64,000 bases of DNA from an uncultured Acidobacteriota bacterium (GCA_963822895.1 CAWGJI010000019.1:307456-371455), one strand, 5' to 3'; shown: positions 36,496-46,629, counted from the first letter of the stretch. Numbers and translations: made by a program. Notes: a model not told the origin generated them from the sequence alone.

Positions 36496-37406
36496 GGAAG
36501 TGGGGGATACTGCTCGCTTGGTCCGCCACGGTGCTGCTCATTTGTCTGATGCCGTTGGCGGTCGGCTGGTCGCACCTTCCCGACCAGGTTGCGACCCACT
36601 GGGATGGCTCGGGCGCTCCGGATGGCTCTATCGCCTTGTCCGTGGTCCCTTTGGTCTCGCTCGGGCTCATCGCGCTCGCCTTGCTCACCACACCTCTTTT
36701 CCGGGTTGAAGGAGAGCCTTCGGCTGAGTCGTTTGCCATGGTGGGGCTTCTCGGGGGCCTCGCTCTCGCTTTGAACCTCGCCCTCGTCGGGCTGAACTGG
36801 GATGTCCCGAGGTGGGAGCAGGCCGATACTTTCGCCTGGCTCGACATCGTTCTCATCCTCATCTGTGCTCTCGTCGGTGCCGGCGTGGGGTACACCCTGG
36901 GACGACGGGCTCAACCCGTGCGAATCGCAGCCACCACGAAGGAGGAGAGCATCGAGGTGGCCCCGGCCGAGAACGTTTCCTGGGTTGGCCGGGTGTCGGT
37001 TCGCTGGCCGTTGTTCCTGCTTGGCGGTGGAGCCTTGCTGACACTGGCGGTTCCGGTGGTAGGCCCATGGCTGGGTGGTCTCATGGTCTTGTCCGCTCTG
37101 GCTCTCATGAACGTCGAGGCGAACGTGAACAATGATGGCTTGACGGTTCGCCTGGGGGGGATTCCGGTTCGGAGAATCGCGTTGGGCGGTGTCTCGTCCG
37201 CCAGGCCGATCGATCTCGAGCCTGCAGAGTGGGGAGGATGGGGATGGAGGGCCAACTCGGGCGCCACGGCCCTGGTCCTCCGTCGCGGTGAGGCCCTAGA
37301 GGTCACCCTCAACGGTGGCCGGAGGTTCGCTGTCACCATCGATGATCCGGCCACCGGTGCCGCTCTCCTCAACGGCCTGGTCTCCCGGCGCCTCGGAGAC
37401 GTCTGA
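36486..37406 (+). CDS. Membrane protein, DUF1648/SdpI-like N-terminal region
   Basis: HWDGSGAPDG follows the first helix, then several further helices. It overlaps the GntR stop, which is the typical GntR-plus-membrane-protein pairing. Confidence 0.75.
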   Translation: MAVRKWGILLAWSATVLLICLMPLAVGWSHLPDQVATHWDGSGAPDGSIALSVVPLVSLGLIALALLTTPLFRVEGEPSAESFAMVGLLGGLALALNLALVGLNWDVPRWEQADTFAWLDIVLILICALVGAGVGYTLGRRAQPVRIAATTKEESIEVAPAENVSWVGRVSVRWPLFLLGGGALLTLAVPVVGPWLGGLMVLSALALMNVEANVNNDGLTVRLGGIPVRRIALGGVSSARPIDLEPAEWGGWGWRANSGATALVLRRGEALEVTLNGGRRFAVTIDDPATGAALLNGLVSRRLGDV

Positions 37407-37736
37407 GCCCTCGCCGCCGGGCTCAGGCATGAGGTCCTTGCCCAGACCGACGACGGAGGCGCCGAGCGCTGTCGCGAGAGAGCTCGCCGCCCGTTTCAAG
37501 CCCTCCCTCGTATCGGGGTCGCCGAGAGCGGTCGTAACCGAGTCTGCAACCCGTTCCCACGCGGCAGCCAGTGTGGACAGGGCTTCCTTGACATCGCTCT
37601 CCGAAGGCCCTCCGTCGGCTGCTGCCTGCTGGTACAGGTCTGTCAGACGCCCCTTCAGGCTCGAGAACTGATCGGAGACGGCTTCCCAGGGATCTGGCTC
37701 TGATTGGGACGTAGGATCATTCGGGTGCGTCTCCAC
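37296..37736 (-). CDS. Possible small acidic helical protein (hypothetical)
   Basis: Third positions in this frame are mostly G/C over 37440-37490. The peptide is plausible (DPWEAVSDQFSSLKGRLTDLYQQAAADGG...). The start is uncertain, and the 3' end overlaps the convergent gene by about 110 nt. Confidence 0.4.
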   Translation of the reverse strand: METHPNDPTSQSEPDPWEAVSDQFSSLKGRLTDLYQQAAADGGPSESDVKEALSTLAAAWERVADSVTTALGDPDTREGLKRAASSLATALGASVVGLGKDLMPEPGGEGSDVSEAPGDQAVEESGTGGRIIDGDSEPPATVEGDL

Positions 37737-38597
37737 TTGCTCGATGGTACCTATGAGTTGTTCCGCTCTCACTTTGGACGCAAGGACACGGTGATTGCGC
37801 CCGACGGACGGGATGTCCGCGCCACCCTCGGGATCGTCGAGTCGACGCTGGCGTTGTTGCGCGAGCCGGGTGTCACCCATTTGGCAGCGAGCTTCGACAC
37901 TGTGATCGAGTCATTCCGCAATGACATGTTCGATGGGTACAAGACCTCGGCCGGAGTCGACCAGGTGCTTCTCGATCAGTTCCCTCTGGCCGAGGAGGCC
38001 CTCGCATCGATCGGAGTGGTGGTCTGGGGAAATGTCGAATTCGAGGCCGACGACGCAATCGCCACGGCCGCAATTCGTTGGGTCGAGGACGTGGAGCAGG
38101 TCGTGATCGCCACTCCGGACAAGGACCTGGCGCAGGTGGTCGTGGGTGATCGGATCGTCACCTACAACCGTCGCGAGCAACGCATACTCGACGAGGACGC
38201 CGTTGTGGAGAAGTTCGGTGTCCACCCCGAATCGATCCCCGACTATCTGGCGCTCGTGGGTGACACCGCCGATGGCGTTCCCGGTCTGCCTGGCTGGGGA
38301 GCCAAGTCCGCCTCCACGGTCCTCGCCCGCTATCCGCGGCTCGAGTTGATCCCTGACGGTGCCTCCCAATGGGAGGTGACGGTGCGTGGAGCCGAGAAGC
38401 TGGCAGTGACGCTCAGAGAGAATCGCGACCTGGCGTTTCTCTATCGCGAGTTGACGACGTTGCGACTCGATGTCCCCATCGAAGAGTCATTGTCCGACCT
38501 CGAGTGGCAAGGAGTGCCGACGGGGCCTTTCGAAGACTTCTGTTCCCGCATGGGCTTTGACATGGGGTCGATAAACGTCCATCGCTGGGATTCGTGA
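37704..38597 (+). CDS. 5'-3' exonuclease (FEN / Pol I N-terminal domain family)
   Basis: Contains LHLLDGTYELFR, FEADD and LVGDTADGVPGLPGWG(AK). An alternative GTG start lies at 37725. Confidence 0.9.
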   Translation: MGRRIIRVRLHLLDGTYELFRSHFGRKDTVIAPDGRDVRATLGIVESTLALLREPGVTHLAASFDTVIESFRNDMFDGYKTSAGVDQVLLDQFPLAEEALASIGVVVWGNVEFEADDAIATAAIRWVEDVEQVVIATPDKDLAQVVVGDRIVTYNRREQRILDEDAVVEKFGVHPESIPDYLALVGDTADGVPGLPGWGAKSASTVLARYPRLELIPDGASQWEVTVRGAEKLAVTLRENRDLAFLYRELTTLRLDVPIEESLSDLEWQGVPTGPFEDFCSRMGFDMGSINVHRWDS

Positions 38598-38613
38598 CAC
38601 TGCCGAGCGGCGA

Positions 38614-39855
38614 TCAGCTCTGAAGATCGACGGGCCCCAGCTCGGCGAGTTTTCTGAGGAGGAGCCCCTTCTCCGCCTCATTGGCGGTCAGCCCGATGGC
38701 CGTCTGATATGCGTTAGCGGCCTCGTCGACCCGCCCGAGCCGGGCCAGCAGGTCGGCTCTCGTGGCGTGATACAAGTGATACCGGCCCAAGTCCAGATCG
38801 TCGACGGCCGACAAGGCGACTCCTGGCCCATGCACCTCGGCCACGGCTACGGCCCGGTTCAGGCTCACGATCGGGCCCGGTGCGATCGCGTCGAGCTGGT
38901 CGTAGAGCTGGAGGATCTGAATCCAGTCGGTCTCGGAGGGGGCCGTCGCATCGCTGTGGACCGCGTTGATCGCTGCCTGGATCTGATAGGGGCCGGGTCG
39001 ATTGCGACGGAGACAAACCCTGACCAGATCCTGGCCCTCCGCCAGGAGCTCGCGGTCCCAGAGACGTCGATCTTGGTCCGCCAGCAACACCAGGTCTCCG
39101 TCGGGTGAGATACGCGCCGGTCGACGGGCGTGAGTCAGCAGCATCAGCCCCAGCAACCCGACGGCCTCTGGCTCATCCGGCATCAGCTCCACGATCAACC
39201 TTCCCAGCCGAATCCCCTCGTCGCAGAGATCGTCTCGCACGAGCCGGTCGCCACTCGATGCGGTGTGTCCCTCGTTGAAGATCAGATAGATGACGACGAG
39301 GACCGATCTGAGACGATCGGGCAGGTCGTGGTCGGCGGGGACGCGGTAGGGGATCTTGGCCGCTCGGATCTTCCGTTTGGCACGCACCAGCCGCTGGGCC
39401 ATCGTCGGCTCCGGCACCAGAAAGGCACGAGCGATTTCCGCTGTCTGAAGCCCGCCGAGCAGCCGGAGCGTCAGGGCGACCTGCGCACTCGTTGCCAGCG
39501 ATGGGTGGCAGCAGGTGAAGATGAGGCGGAGACGGTCGTCTCTCACCGGTCCGATCTCTCCGGGCTCTGGCTCGTGAAGTCGCAGGGCTTGGAGATGACG
39601 GTCCTCCCGTTTCGACTCACGCCGGAGTCGGTCGATGGCCCGGTTTCGCGCCGTGGTGGTTATCCATCCACCCGGGCTCGGCGGCACCCCGGTATGGGGC
39701 CAGCGCCGGATGGCGATCTCAAAGGCTTCCTGTACCGCCTCTTCGGCGAGGTCGAGGTCACCGAATTGGCGGTAAAGGGTGGCAATGGATCGCCCGGATT
39801 CCTGACGGAAGATTCCGTCGATGCCCGGCAGAACGCCGGTCGGTTGCTCGCTCAG
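38614..39855 (-). CDS. ECF-type RNA polymerase sigma factor with a long C-terminal domain (SigJ-like)
   Basis: Region 2 ([31 protein letters not shown]...[17 protein letters not shown]) lies upstream of the first ATG/GTG/TTG at 39687. Region 4 and a C-terminal helical domain follow. The 5' end is a guess (CTG at 39855 or 39831). Confidence 0.8.
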   Translation of the reverse strand: MSEQPTGVLPGIDGIFRQESGRSIATLYRQFGDLDLAEEAVQEAFEIAIRRWPHTGVPPSPGGWITTTARNRAIDRLRRESKREDRHLQALRLHEPEPGEIGPVRDDRLRLIFTCCHPSLATSAQVALTLRLLGGLQTAEIARAFLVPEPTMAQRLVRAKRKIRAAKIPYRVPADHDLPDRLRSVLVVIYLIFNEGHTASSGDRLVRDDLCDEGIRLGRLIVELMPDEPEAVGLLGLMLLTHARRPARISPDGDLVLLADQDRRLWDRELLAEGQDLVRVCLRRNRPGPYQIQAAINAVHSDATAPSETDWIQILQLYDQLDAIAPGPIVSLNRAVAVAEVHGPGVALSAVDDLDLGRYHLYHATRADLLARLGRVDEAANAYQTAIGLTANEAEKGLLLRKLAELGPVDLQS

Positions 39856-40223
39856 GCGGGCGGCTCGTCTTGAAACGGCCGCACCTCGACGGGGGCTCGA
39901 CAGGCGACCGTTGCCTTCTTCGCCCAGTTCAGCGCCTCGTCGAGGTCGGTCGCCTCGATGATCCAGAACCCGCCGAGTTGCTCCTTGGTCTCGGCGAATG
40001 GGCCGTCGGTGAGGAGGACTTCATCGTTCTCCAGCTTGACCACGGTGGCAGTGCTCGGCTCGTGGAGCCCGCCGGCGAAGACCCATGCTCCCTTGTCCAT
40101 GATCTCGGTGTTCAGGGTGTCCACATCGCGGTATGCCTGCTGCGTTTCCTCGGCGCTGGGGGGCTCCTGGCCCTCCACCATGTGCACCGACAGGAGGTAT
40201 TGCGTCATCTCTGCTCCTTCCAA
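39852..40223 (-). CDS. YCII-related domain protein
   Basis: Contains [19 protein letters not shown]. This is the typical partner gene upstream of SigJ-like sigma factors. The start is at 40223 or 40208. Confidence 0.88.
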   Translation of the reverse strand: MEGAEMTQYLLSVHMVEGQEPPSAEETQQAYRDVDTLNTEIMDKGAWVFAGGLHEPSTATVVKLENDEVLLTDGPFAETKEQLGGFWIIEATDLDEALNWAKKATVACRAPVEVRPFQDEPPA

Positions 40224-40337
40224 GAGACAGCCGACAATGTGCCGGCCTCACCACTACCACGAACGGTGGGCGTCCAGATCGACACCGGGCCGACCTTTCC
40301 TCGAGTAATCGGTTGGATGTGGTGAGCGATCTGCGTC

Positions 40338-40514
40338 TCAGACCTCTTCGTCCCCATCGCCTTCCTCCCAGATCACGTCGAAGCGCTCCATGCAATCTGA
40401 GCACCGGTAGGCGAGTGGTGTCCCCGGCTCGACTTCGCCGTCTTCAGGGAGGAACGTGATCAGATGGGCGGTGCCCCCACAGTCGATGCACACGTAGGTG
40501 GACGGGGGCGGCAT
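40338..40514 (-). CDS. Small zinc-ribbon protein
   Basis: MPPPSTYVCIDCGG...YRCSDCMERF has two CxxC pairs and an acidic tail. The start lies 3 nt after the nhaA stop. Confidence 0.6.
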   Translation of the reverse strand: MPPPSTYVCIDCGGTAHLITFLPEDGEVEPGTPLAYRCSDCMERFDVIWEEGDGDEEV

Positions 40515-40516
40515 GG

Positions 40517-41866
40517 TCACGAGACCGATCTCGGCGCCCGGGCTAGGACGATCGCTCCCACCACACCCGCCACGAGGGAGCCTCCGAAGATCCCCACCTT
40601 GGCCAGATCGATCTGAGCCGGGTCCCCAAAGGCGAGCCCGGCCACGAATAGCGACACCGTGAAGCCGATCCCGGCGATGGCTGCCAGGCCGATGACGTGC
40701 GTCCAGCCCGTTCCCTGGGGGAGGACTCCCATTCGGAAGCGCACTGCGAGATAGGTGAACAGCGAGATGCCGATTGTCTTCCCCAGGATCAGGCCGATCG
40801 CCACACCCAGAGCGATCGACGAGCTCATCGCGTCGCCGATCGGTGTATTGCGAAAGTCGACACCCGCATTGGCAAGTGCAAACAACGGCACTACCAGGAA
40901 TGAGCTCCATGATTGGAGCCTGGTCTCGATTCGGCTCAGTGGAGACACGGCTTCGGCCGCAATCTCACTCAGCAGCAGCGCCTCATGATCGGCGTGCTCT
41001 TGAGCGCGATGGCTGTCCGGCTCTATCGGATACTCGTCGAGGATGGCGCGAGCACGCCGGTCGAACTCCTCTGGCTTGTACATCGGGCGAGCCGGGGTGA
41101 GGAAGCCGAGGGCCACTCCGGCCAGGGTGGCGTGAACACCGGACTCGAGAGTGAAAAGCCATATCAAGGCCCCCAGTGGGAGATAGAACGCCAGGGACCG
41201 AATCCGAACTCTTTTCGCCACCCAGACCAACACCAGACCTGCGATGGCCATGCCCAGGTAGGTCAAGTCGAGGTCGTCGGTGTAGAAGATCGCGATCACG
41301 GCGATGGCGCCGATGTCGTCGGCTATCGCAAGAGCGAGAAGGAACAGCTTGGCCCCGGTCGGGACCCGCGATCCGAGCAGGGCGACGACACCGACCGCAA
41401 AGGCGATGTCGGTGGCCATGGGTATGCCCCAACCCCGCAACGCCTCGGCGCCTCCGCCGGCGTTGAGAGCCACGTAGATCAGAGCCGGCATGAGCATGCC
41501 GCCGACGGCGGCCATGACGGGGAGGGCGGCGGCCTTTGGGTCCCGCAGGTCGCCGACAACCAGTTCGCGTTTGATCTCCAGGCCGACGACGAAGAAGAAG
41601 ATCACCATCAGCCCGTCGTTGATCAACTCCAGCACGCTCTCGTCGAAGTGGAAAGTCCCGAAGTTGAGCGTCAGATGAGTCTCGAGGATGTCGAAGTAGC
41701 TCGTCGAGAAGGCCGAGTTGGCCCAGACGACCGCGACGACGGCTGCGCCCAACAACACCATCCCCGAAGAGGCCTCGATTTGGGAGAAGCGAACGAACGG
41801 CCTGACGAACCGCTTCGGTACGAATCGCTCCGATGTCGCCCAGGTCTGGTGCCTGCGATCCATCAA
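40517..41866 (-). CDS. nhaA: Na+/H+ antiporter NhaA
   Basis: Contains FFFVVGLEIKRE and LALAIADDIGAI. 449 aa. Confidence 0.93.
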   Translation of the reverse strand: MMDRRHQTWATSERFVPKRFVRPFVRFSQIEASSGMVLLGAAVVAVVWANSAFSTSYFDILETHLTLNFGTFHFDESVLELINDGLMVIFFFVVGLEIKRELVVGDLRDPKAAALPVMAAVGGMLMPALIYVALNAGGGAEALRGWGIPMATDIAFAVGVVALLGSRVPTGAKLFLLALAIADDIGAIAVIAIFYTDDLDLTYLGMAIAGLVLVWVAKRVRIRSLAFYLPLGALIWLFTLESGVHATLAGVALGFLTPARPMYKPEEFDRRARAILDEYPIEPDSHRAQEHADHEALLLSEIAAEAVSPLSRIETRLQSWSSFLVVPLFALANAGVDFRNTPIGDAMSSSIALGVAIGLILGKTIGISLFTYLAVRFRMGVLPQGTGWTHVIGLAAIAGIGFTVSLFVAGLAFGDPAQIDLAKVGIFGGSLVAGVVGAIVLARAPRSVS

Positions 41867-42891
41867 CCGATGGATTTTCCAGCGGACAACAACTGCTCGG
41901 CCGCCGTCACCACACGGTCGGACATGCCGTTCTCGCCCTTCTTCATGTAGGAGCGAGGGTCGTAGACCTTCTTGTTCCCGACCTCGCCATCTGCCTTGAT
42001 CACCCCGTCGTAGTTCTTGAACATGTGGTCCACGATGGGCCGGGTGTAGGCGTACTGGCAGTCGGTGTCGATGTTCATCTTGATCACGCCGTACGTGATC
42101 GTCTCCCGTATCTCATCGAGAGTCGAGCCACTGCCTCCATGGAATACCAGGTAATGGCGGGCCTCTTCCCCGAATCGCTCGGCCACCGCCTTCTGGCCGT
42201 CCCGCAGGATGGTCGGGTCGAGCTTTACCGCACCGGGCTTGTAGACACCATGCACGTTGCCGAACACGGCGGCGAGGAGGTAGAGACCCCGGTCGAAGGT
42301 CCCCAGGACCTCGGATACGCGAACCATGTCTTCCGGGGAGGTGTAGAGCTTGGCCCGATCGACATCCTCGTTGTCTGTTGCGTCTTCCACTCCGCCGACC
42401 ACGCCGATCTCCAGCTCCAGGATCACGTCGGCTTCATCCGCCAACCCGAGGATCTCCTTGCACAATGAGAGGTTCTCCTCCATCGGCAAGGATGAGGCAT
42501 CGACCATGTGGGACTGGAAGACGGGGCCCCGGCCCTGTCCCTTGCGCCGCAGGCTCTCCTCGAGCAGTGGCCGAACATACGTGTCGACCCGATCGGGTGG
42601 GCAGTGGTCGGTGTGCAGGGCGACATTGACCGGGTACTCCTCGGCAACGACGTTGGCGAATTCGGCCAGTGCCGTGGCGCCAACCGGCATCTTCGCCACC
42701 GATTGGCCCGAGGCGAACTCCGCTCCGCCGTAGGAGACCTGGAGTATCCCATCGGACTTGGCCCGCGTGAGCCCGTCCAAGGCGGCCACGATCGTGGTGG
42801 AGGACGTCACGTTTATGGCGGGGTAGGCGTAGCTGCCGGCCCGGGCAGCGTCGAGCATTTCGCGGTATTTGGCCGGGGTGACTATCGGCAC
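41863..42891 (-). CDS. fba: Class II fructose-bisphosphate aldolase
   Basis: Contains YAYPAINVTSS, LHTDHC and FHGGSGS. Confidence 0.95.
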   Translation of the reverse strand: MPIVTPAKYREMLDAARAGSYAYPAINVTSSTTIVAALDGLTRAKSDGILQVSYGGAEFASGQSVAKMPVGATALAEFANVVAEEYPVNVALHTDHCPPDRVDTYVRPLLEESLRRKGQGRGPVFQSHMVDASSLPMEENLSLCKEILGLADEADVILELEIGVVGGVEDATDNEDVDRAKLYTSPEDMVRVSEVLGTFDRGLYLLAAVFGNVHGVYKPGAVKLDPTILRDGQKAVAERFGEEARHYLVFHGGSGSTLDEIRETITYGVIKMNIDTDCQYAYTRPIVDHMFKNYDGVIKADGEVGNKKVYDPRSYMKKGENGMSDRVVTAAEQLLSAGKSIG

Positions 42892-42983
42892 GCCTCATCT
42901 CCTGGTCGTCGTGGGAGCCTTCAAAGGTAGTGCGTTTCGTGACGTGGTGTTATTCCGACTGGCCGTCAGAAACCCCACCCAAT

Positions 42984-43424
42984 ATGTTTGTGAATGTGGA
43001 CTCCACCGTCGACCGGCCGGTAGCTCCGAGGAAGGCGCGCAGCAGGTTGTTGCGCGGTGTGTTCCTGGTGCTCGGTCTGATCTGCCTCGCCCTCCTGGCT
43101 CTCAGCTTCCTCCCCGGGATCCCCACCTTCGACATGGCGATCCTCGCCGCATTCTTCTTCTCGATGTCGTCCGACAGGCTCTACGGCTGGATCATGAATC
43201 ACCCCGTCTACGGGAAGATGATCCATAGTTATCGGTCGGGAGGCCTCACCATGCGGATGAAGTGGGTCGCCTCCGCAGCGATAGCCATCTCGCTGAGTTT
43301 TTCCATTTTCGTCCTCGTGGATCGTGCCTGGCTGCGTCTGGTATTGCTCGGTGTCGGTGTCTTCGCCGTGTGGTTCGTCTTCAGCAGACCCACACGAGAG
43401 CTCGAGTCGTCAGAGGTCGGCTGA
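42984..43424 (+). CDS. DUF454 (YbaN-like) inner membrane protein
   Basis: LLALSFLPGIPTFDMAILAAFFFSMSSDRLYGW matches the YbaN family pattern. The start is uncertain (42930, 42984 or 42996). Confidence 0.78.
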   Translation: MFVNVDSTVDRPVAPRKARSRLLRGVFLVLGLICLALLALSFLPGIPTFDMAILAAFFFSMSSDRLYGWIMNHPVYGKMIHSYRSGGLTMRMKWVASAAIAISLSFSIFVLVDRAWLRLVLLGVGVFAVWFVFSRPTRELESSEVG

Positions 43425-43425
43425 C

Positions 43426-43686
43426 TCAACCACCGCTCACCGCCTGGAGCACCTGGATCGCCCCCTGCTCGGGCACCTCGGTGTCCAGCCTCGCCCTATT
43501 GCCGTCAACGAACAGGATGACATGGGGCCGGATGGCTCCACTCTCGTCGAGGATGTGGTTGCGGAGGCCCGGTTCACGTGTGAAGAGGTCGTTGAGCGCC
43601 TGTTCCAGTGTCCCGGCGGGCACGTCCTGACGCAGTCCGCCGCTGACCGATCCCTCGAGCAGTCTGGGGAGCTTCAAGACGGCCAT
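43426..43686 (-). CDS. MoaD/ThiS-family ubiquitin-like small protein ending in Gly-Gly
   Basis: 86 aa with beta-grasp-like length and pattern. The C-terminus is ...LQAVSGG followed by the stop. Confidence 0.8.
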   Translation of the reverse strand: MAVLKLPRLLEGSVSGGLRQDVPAGTLEQALNDLFTREPGLRNHILDESGAIRPHVILFVDGNRARLDTEVPEQGAIQVLQAVSGG

Positions 43687-44774
43687 CAGGCCACCAGGCG
43701 CACCGCGTTGATCCGGGGGAAGGTCGGCGCCAACTCGGTCCAGGTCTCTCCCGTGTCCCGGGTCAGCCAGAGACTTCCGCCCGTGGTGCCGAAGCAGAAG
43801 TTGCCGTCTCCGTCGCCGTCAAAGGCGCCACGAAGCACGCCGGTGAACCGTGGGGCATCCGACCACCCCGAACCCGCCACGTGCCAGCTATCCCCATCGT
43901 CGTCGGATGCAAAGGCTCGGAGCTTCCCATCGACCGGAACACGGTTGCCGCTTGACTCGAGGGGCACGTTGATCAGTCGCCCCGAAGCGGGGTCTCTCCA
44001 CATGACGAAGCCGAATCCGGCGGGGAGGCCCTCCTCGACTCTCACCCAATCGTCTCCACCGTCTGTGGTCCGGAACACACCCATGTGGTCCTGTCGCCAG
44101 ATTCGGTCGGGGTCGGCCGGATCGTGGGCGATCCCGTGCACGCAGTAGCCCACCTCGGGCGGTGGAGCGTCGTCGGCGGTGTTCACGGCCGGGATGCCGC
44201 GATTCTTCGGCGCCCAGGTGGCGCCGTCGTCGTCGGAGCGGAAAACACCCACGGCCGAGATGGCGACCCATTGGCGTCCGCCAGAGCTGAGGATTCGATG
44301 GGCACACAAGCCGCCCAGACCGGGCTGCCACTCGTCCCTCGTCGGGTGCTCGTTGAGACCCTCGATCGTCGTCCAGGTGACACCCTGGTCTTCCGACTTG
44401 AAGAGCCCGGCATGGGCCACTCCGGCCCAGGTGGCGTCGCCGACATTGTGAAAGGTCCAGACCTGTTCCATGGTGCGGGCAGCTCCTTCGGGCCATGCCG
44501 GTGGCTGGTCGATCTGCTCCCATTCGTCGAGGTCACGGCTTCGGTGCACGCCGATCCCGAACCAGTTGCTGCCAACCGCGGCCAAATGGGTTCCATCGGC
44601 CGTCTGGCCGAAGGCGGTCACCTTCCATCCGGGGAACAACGGGCCTGTCGTCACCCAGCCTGCGCCATCCTCGGCGAGCACATAGGCGCCTTTCTCGGTG
44701 CCCACCAGTATTCGAGTCATCGGCTCATCTCCATCTTCTGATCCGCCTCGTGGCGGCTCTCCAAAGCTAACCAT
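43686..44774 (-). CDS. BNR/Asp-box repeat beta-propeller protein (sialidase-like fold)
   Basis: Repeated Asp-boxes SEDQGVTW, SDDDGATW, TTDGGDDW, SDDDGDSW and TRDTGETW. Confidence 0.85.
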   Translation of the reverse strand: MVSFGEPPRGGSEDGDEPMTRILVGTEKGAYVLAEDGAGWVTTGPLFPGWKVTAFGQTADGTHLAAVGSNWFGIGVHRSRDLDEWEQIDQPPAWPEGAARTMEQVWTFHNVGDATWAGVAHAGLFKSEDQGVTWTTIEGLNEHPTRDEWQPGLGGLCAHRILSSGGRQWVAISAVGVFRSDDDGATWAPKNRGIPAVNTADDAPPPEVGYCVHGIAHDPADPDRIWRQDHMGVFRTTDGGDDWVRVEEGLPAGFGFVMWRDPASGRLINVPLESSGNRVPVDGKLRAFASDDDGDSWHVAGSGWSDAPRFTGVLRGAFDGDGDGNFCFGTTGGSLWLTRDTGETWTELAPTFPRINAVRLVA

Positions 44775-44779
44775 CTAGC

Positions 44780-45964
44780 TTGCACCCCATGCGTCAGTTC
44801 ACGCGGCGTTCACTTGGCGCCTTGACCGCCTCCACGATGGCCGTCGCCACTTTTGCGGCTGTTGTCTTCAGTGTCCTCTCCGCCGATCTGATCGCCGAAT
44901 TCGGTGTCGAGCGGTGGCAGATCGGGATTCTGGTCACGGCGACAGGTGTGACCGGAGCCTTGCTCTCCCCGACATTCGGCCGGGTAACCGATCGGATCGG
45001 GCCGGTGAGAGCGACGCGGGGCGTGCTCGTCAGCGGTGTGTTCTTCATCTCTTTCATCGCGATCGCCCCGACATATGGCTTCCTGGCGGCGGCGGCGGTG
45101 TTGACCGGGATCCCACAGGGATGGTGCAACCCGGCCACCAACGCCCTGATCGTCGCCAACGTCGAGCCCGGTACCCGTGGCGTGATCACCGGGATCAAAC
45201 AATCCGGTGTGCAGGTGGGGACCTTTCTCGGCGGTCTTCTTCTCGGGCCGCTCACAGAGTTCTGGGGGTGGCGGCCGGCGGTCCTCGTGTTTCTCACCGT
45301 CCCCTTGCTGGCCTTGGTCGCGATGCGAGGTCGAGCCGAGTCCGCCGAGTTCGTCTCACGAAGGGAACGGACACGTGATCCAGTGCCCACGGCGGTCGTC
45401 TGGGTCGCCGTCTACGGGGCGATGTCGGGGCTGGCCTCCTCCTCGATGTTCACTTTTCTCCCGCTGTTCGCCCGCGAAGATCAAGGATGGACGGCCGCGG
45501 AGGCCGGGTTCCTGGTTGCCGGTGTTGGCCTCGTTGGCGTGGTCTCCCGTATCTCTTGGGGCTCGGTCTCGGAGCGGTGGCTCGGGCACGGGCTCACTCT
45601 CCGACTGCTCGCCGTCCAGGCCATGGCCTCTGCTCTTTTGCTCACACTGGTGTCCACCGGCACGCTCGGCAGCTGGGCGATGGCCCCGGCCGCCTTCTTG
45701 CTCGGCTCGGGTGCGGTCTCGTGGAACGCAGTCGGAATGCTCGCAGTCATGGACTTCTCGCCACCGGAGCTGGTGGGGCGCTCGACCGGCGTGGTGCTCC
45801 TCGGATTTCTCTTGGGCTACGGCATAGGCCCGCCACTGCTGGGGCTCTCGGTGGATCGTCTCGGCTCCTACACCCAGGGTTGGCTGGCGGTCACTGCCTT
45901 GTTCGCCGGGTGCACCCTGGTGGCAGGTCGGGTGAGTCGAACCGGTACGCTCGCTCACCCGTGA
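44780..45964 (+). CDS. MFS transporter
   Basis: About twelve hydrophobic segments. The loop 2-3 motif is [14 protein letters not shown] start. Confidence 0.85.
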   Translation: MHPMRQFTRRSLGALTASTMAVATFAAVVFSVLSADLIAEFGVERWQIGILVTATGVTGALLSPTFGRVTDRIGPVRATRGVLVSGVFFISFIAIAPTYGFLAAAAVLTGIPQGWCNPATNALIVANVEPGTRGVITGIKQSGVQVGTFLGGLLLGPLTEFWGWRPAVLVFLTVPLLALVAMRGRAESAEFVSRRERTRDPVPTAVVWVAVYGAMSGLASSSMFTFLPLFAREDQGWTAAEAGFLVAGVGLVGVVSRISWGSVSERWLGHGLTLRLLAVQAMASALLLTLVSTGTLGSWAMAPAAFLLGSGAVSWNAVGMLAVMDFSPPELVGRSTGVVLLGFLLGYGIGPPLLGLSVDRLGSYTQGWLAVTALFAGCTLVAGRVSRTGTLAHP

Positions 45965-46629
45965 GACTGGTCATCGCTCGTTGCTCTGTCGACTACTCAG
46001 GCCGGCTGACCGCACACCTGCCCGAGGCCGTCCGGCTGATAATGGTCAAGGCCGACGGGACACTGGCCATCCACTCAGACGGCAACGCCTCCAAGCCGCT
46101 CAATTGGATGGTGGCTCCCAACATCGTGGAGACCTTCGAGGACCGTTGGGTGGTGTCCAATGGCAAGGGCGAGCGTTTGGAGATATGGATCGACGAGATC
46201 CTCGAGGATGTCACCCATGCCATGGGGGAGGACCCCGGTCTGCAAAAGGACGGTGTGGAGGCGCATCTCCAGGAACTGCTCGCCGCACGCCCCTGGGTCA
46301 TCGAAGAGGGCCTAGAGCTCATCCGAAGGGAATATCCCACCGACATCGGCCCGGTCGACCTGCTCTGTGCCGACCAACGCGGGATGACGGTGGCAGTGGA
46401 GGTGAAGCGGAAGGGCGAGATCGACGGGGTCGAGCAGTTGACCCGGTACCTGGAGCGTCTGGGGCACGACCCTCGTCTCGAGCCCCTCCGTGGAGTCTTC
46501 GTGGCGCAGACGATCACGCCTCAAGCCCGGGTCCTGGCCGAGTCCCGTGGGATAGACGCCGTGGAGGTCGATTACGACGGCCTGCGCGAGGTGGAGGACA
46601 ACGAGCTCCGCCTCTTCAATCCTCGTTGA
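45961..46629 (+). CDS. nucS: Endonuclease NucS (non-canonical mismatch repair)
   Basis: [16 protein letters not shown]... and [25 protein letters not shown] overlap with the MFS stop. Confidence 0.92.
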   Translation: MRLVIARCSVDYSGRLTAHLPEAVRLIMVKADGTLAIHSDGNASKPLNWMVAPNIVETFEDRWVVSNGKGERLEIWIDEILEDVTHAMGEDPGLQKDGVEAHLQELLAARPWVIEEGLELIRREYPTDIGPVDLLCADQRGMTVAVEVKRKGEIDGVEQLTRYLERLGHDPRLEPLRGVFVAQTITPQARVLAESRGIDAVEVDYDGLREVEDNELRLFNPR

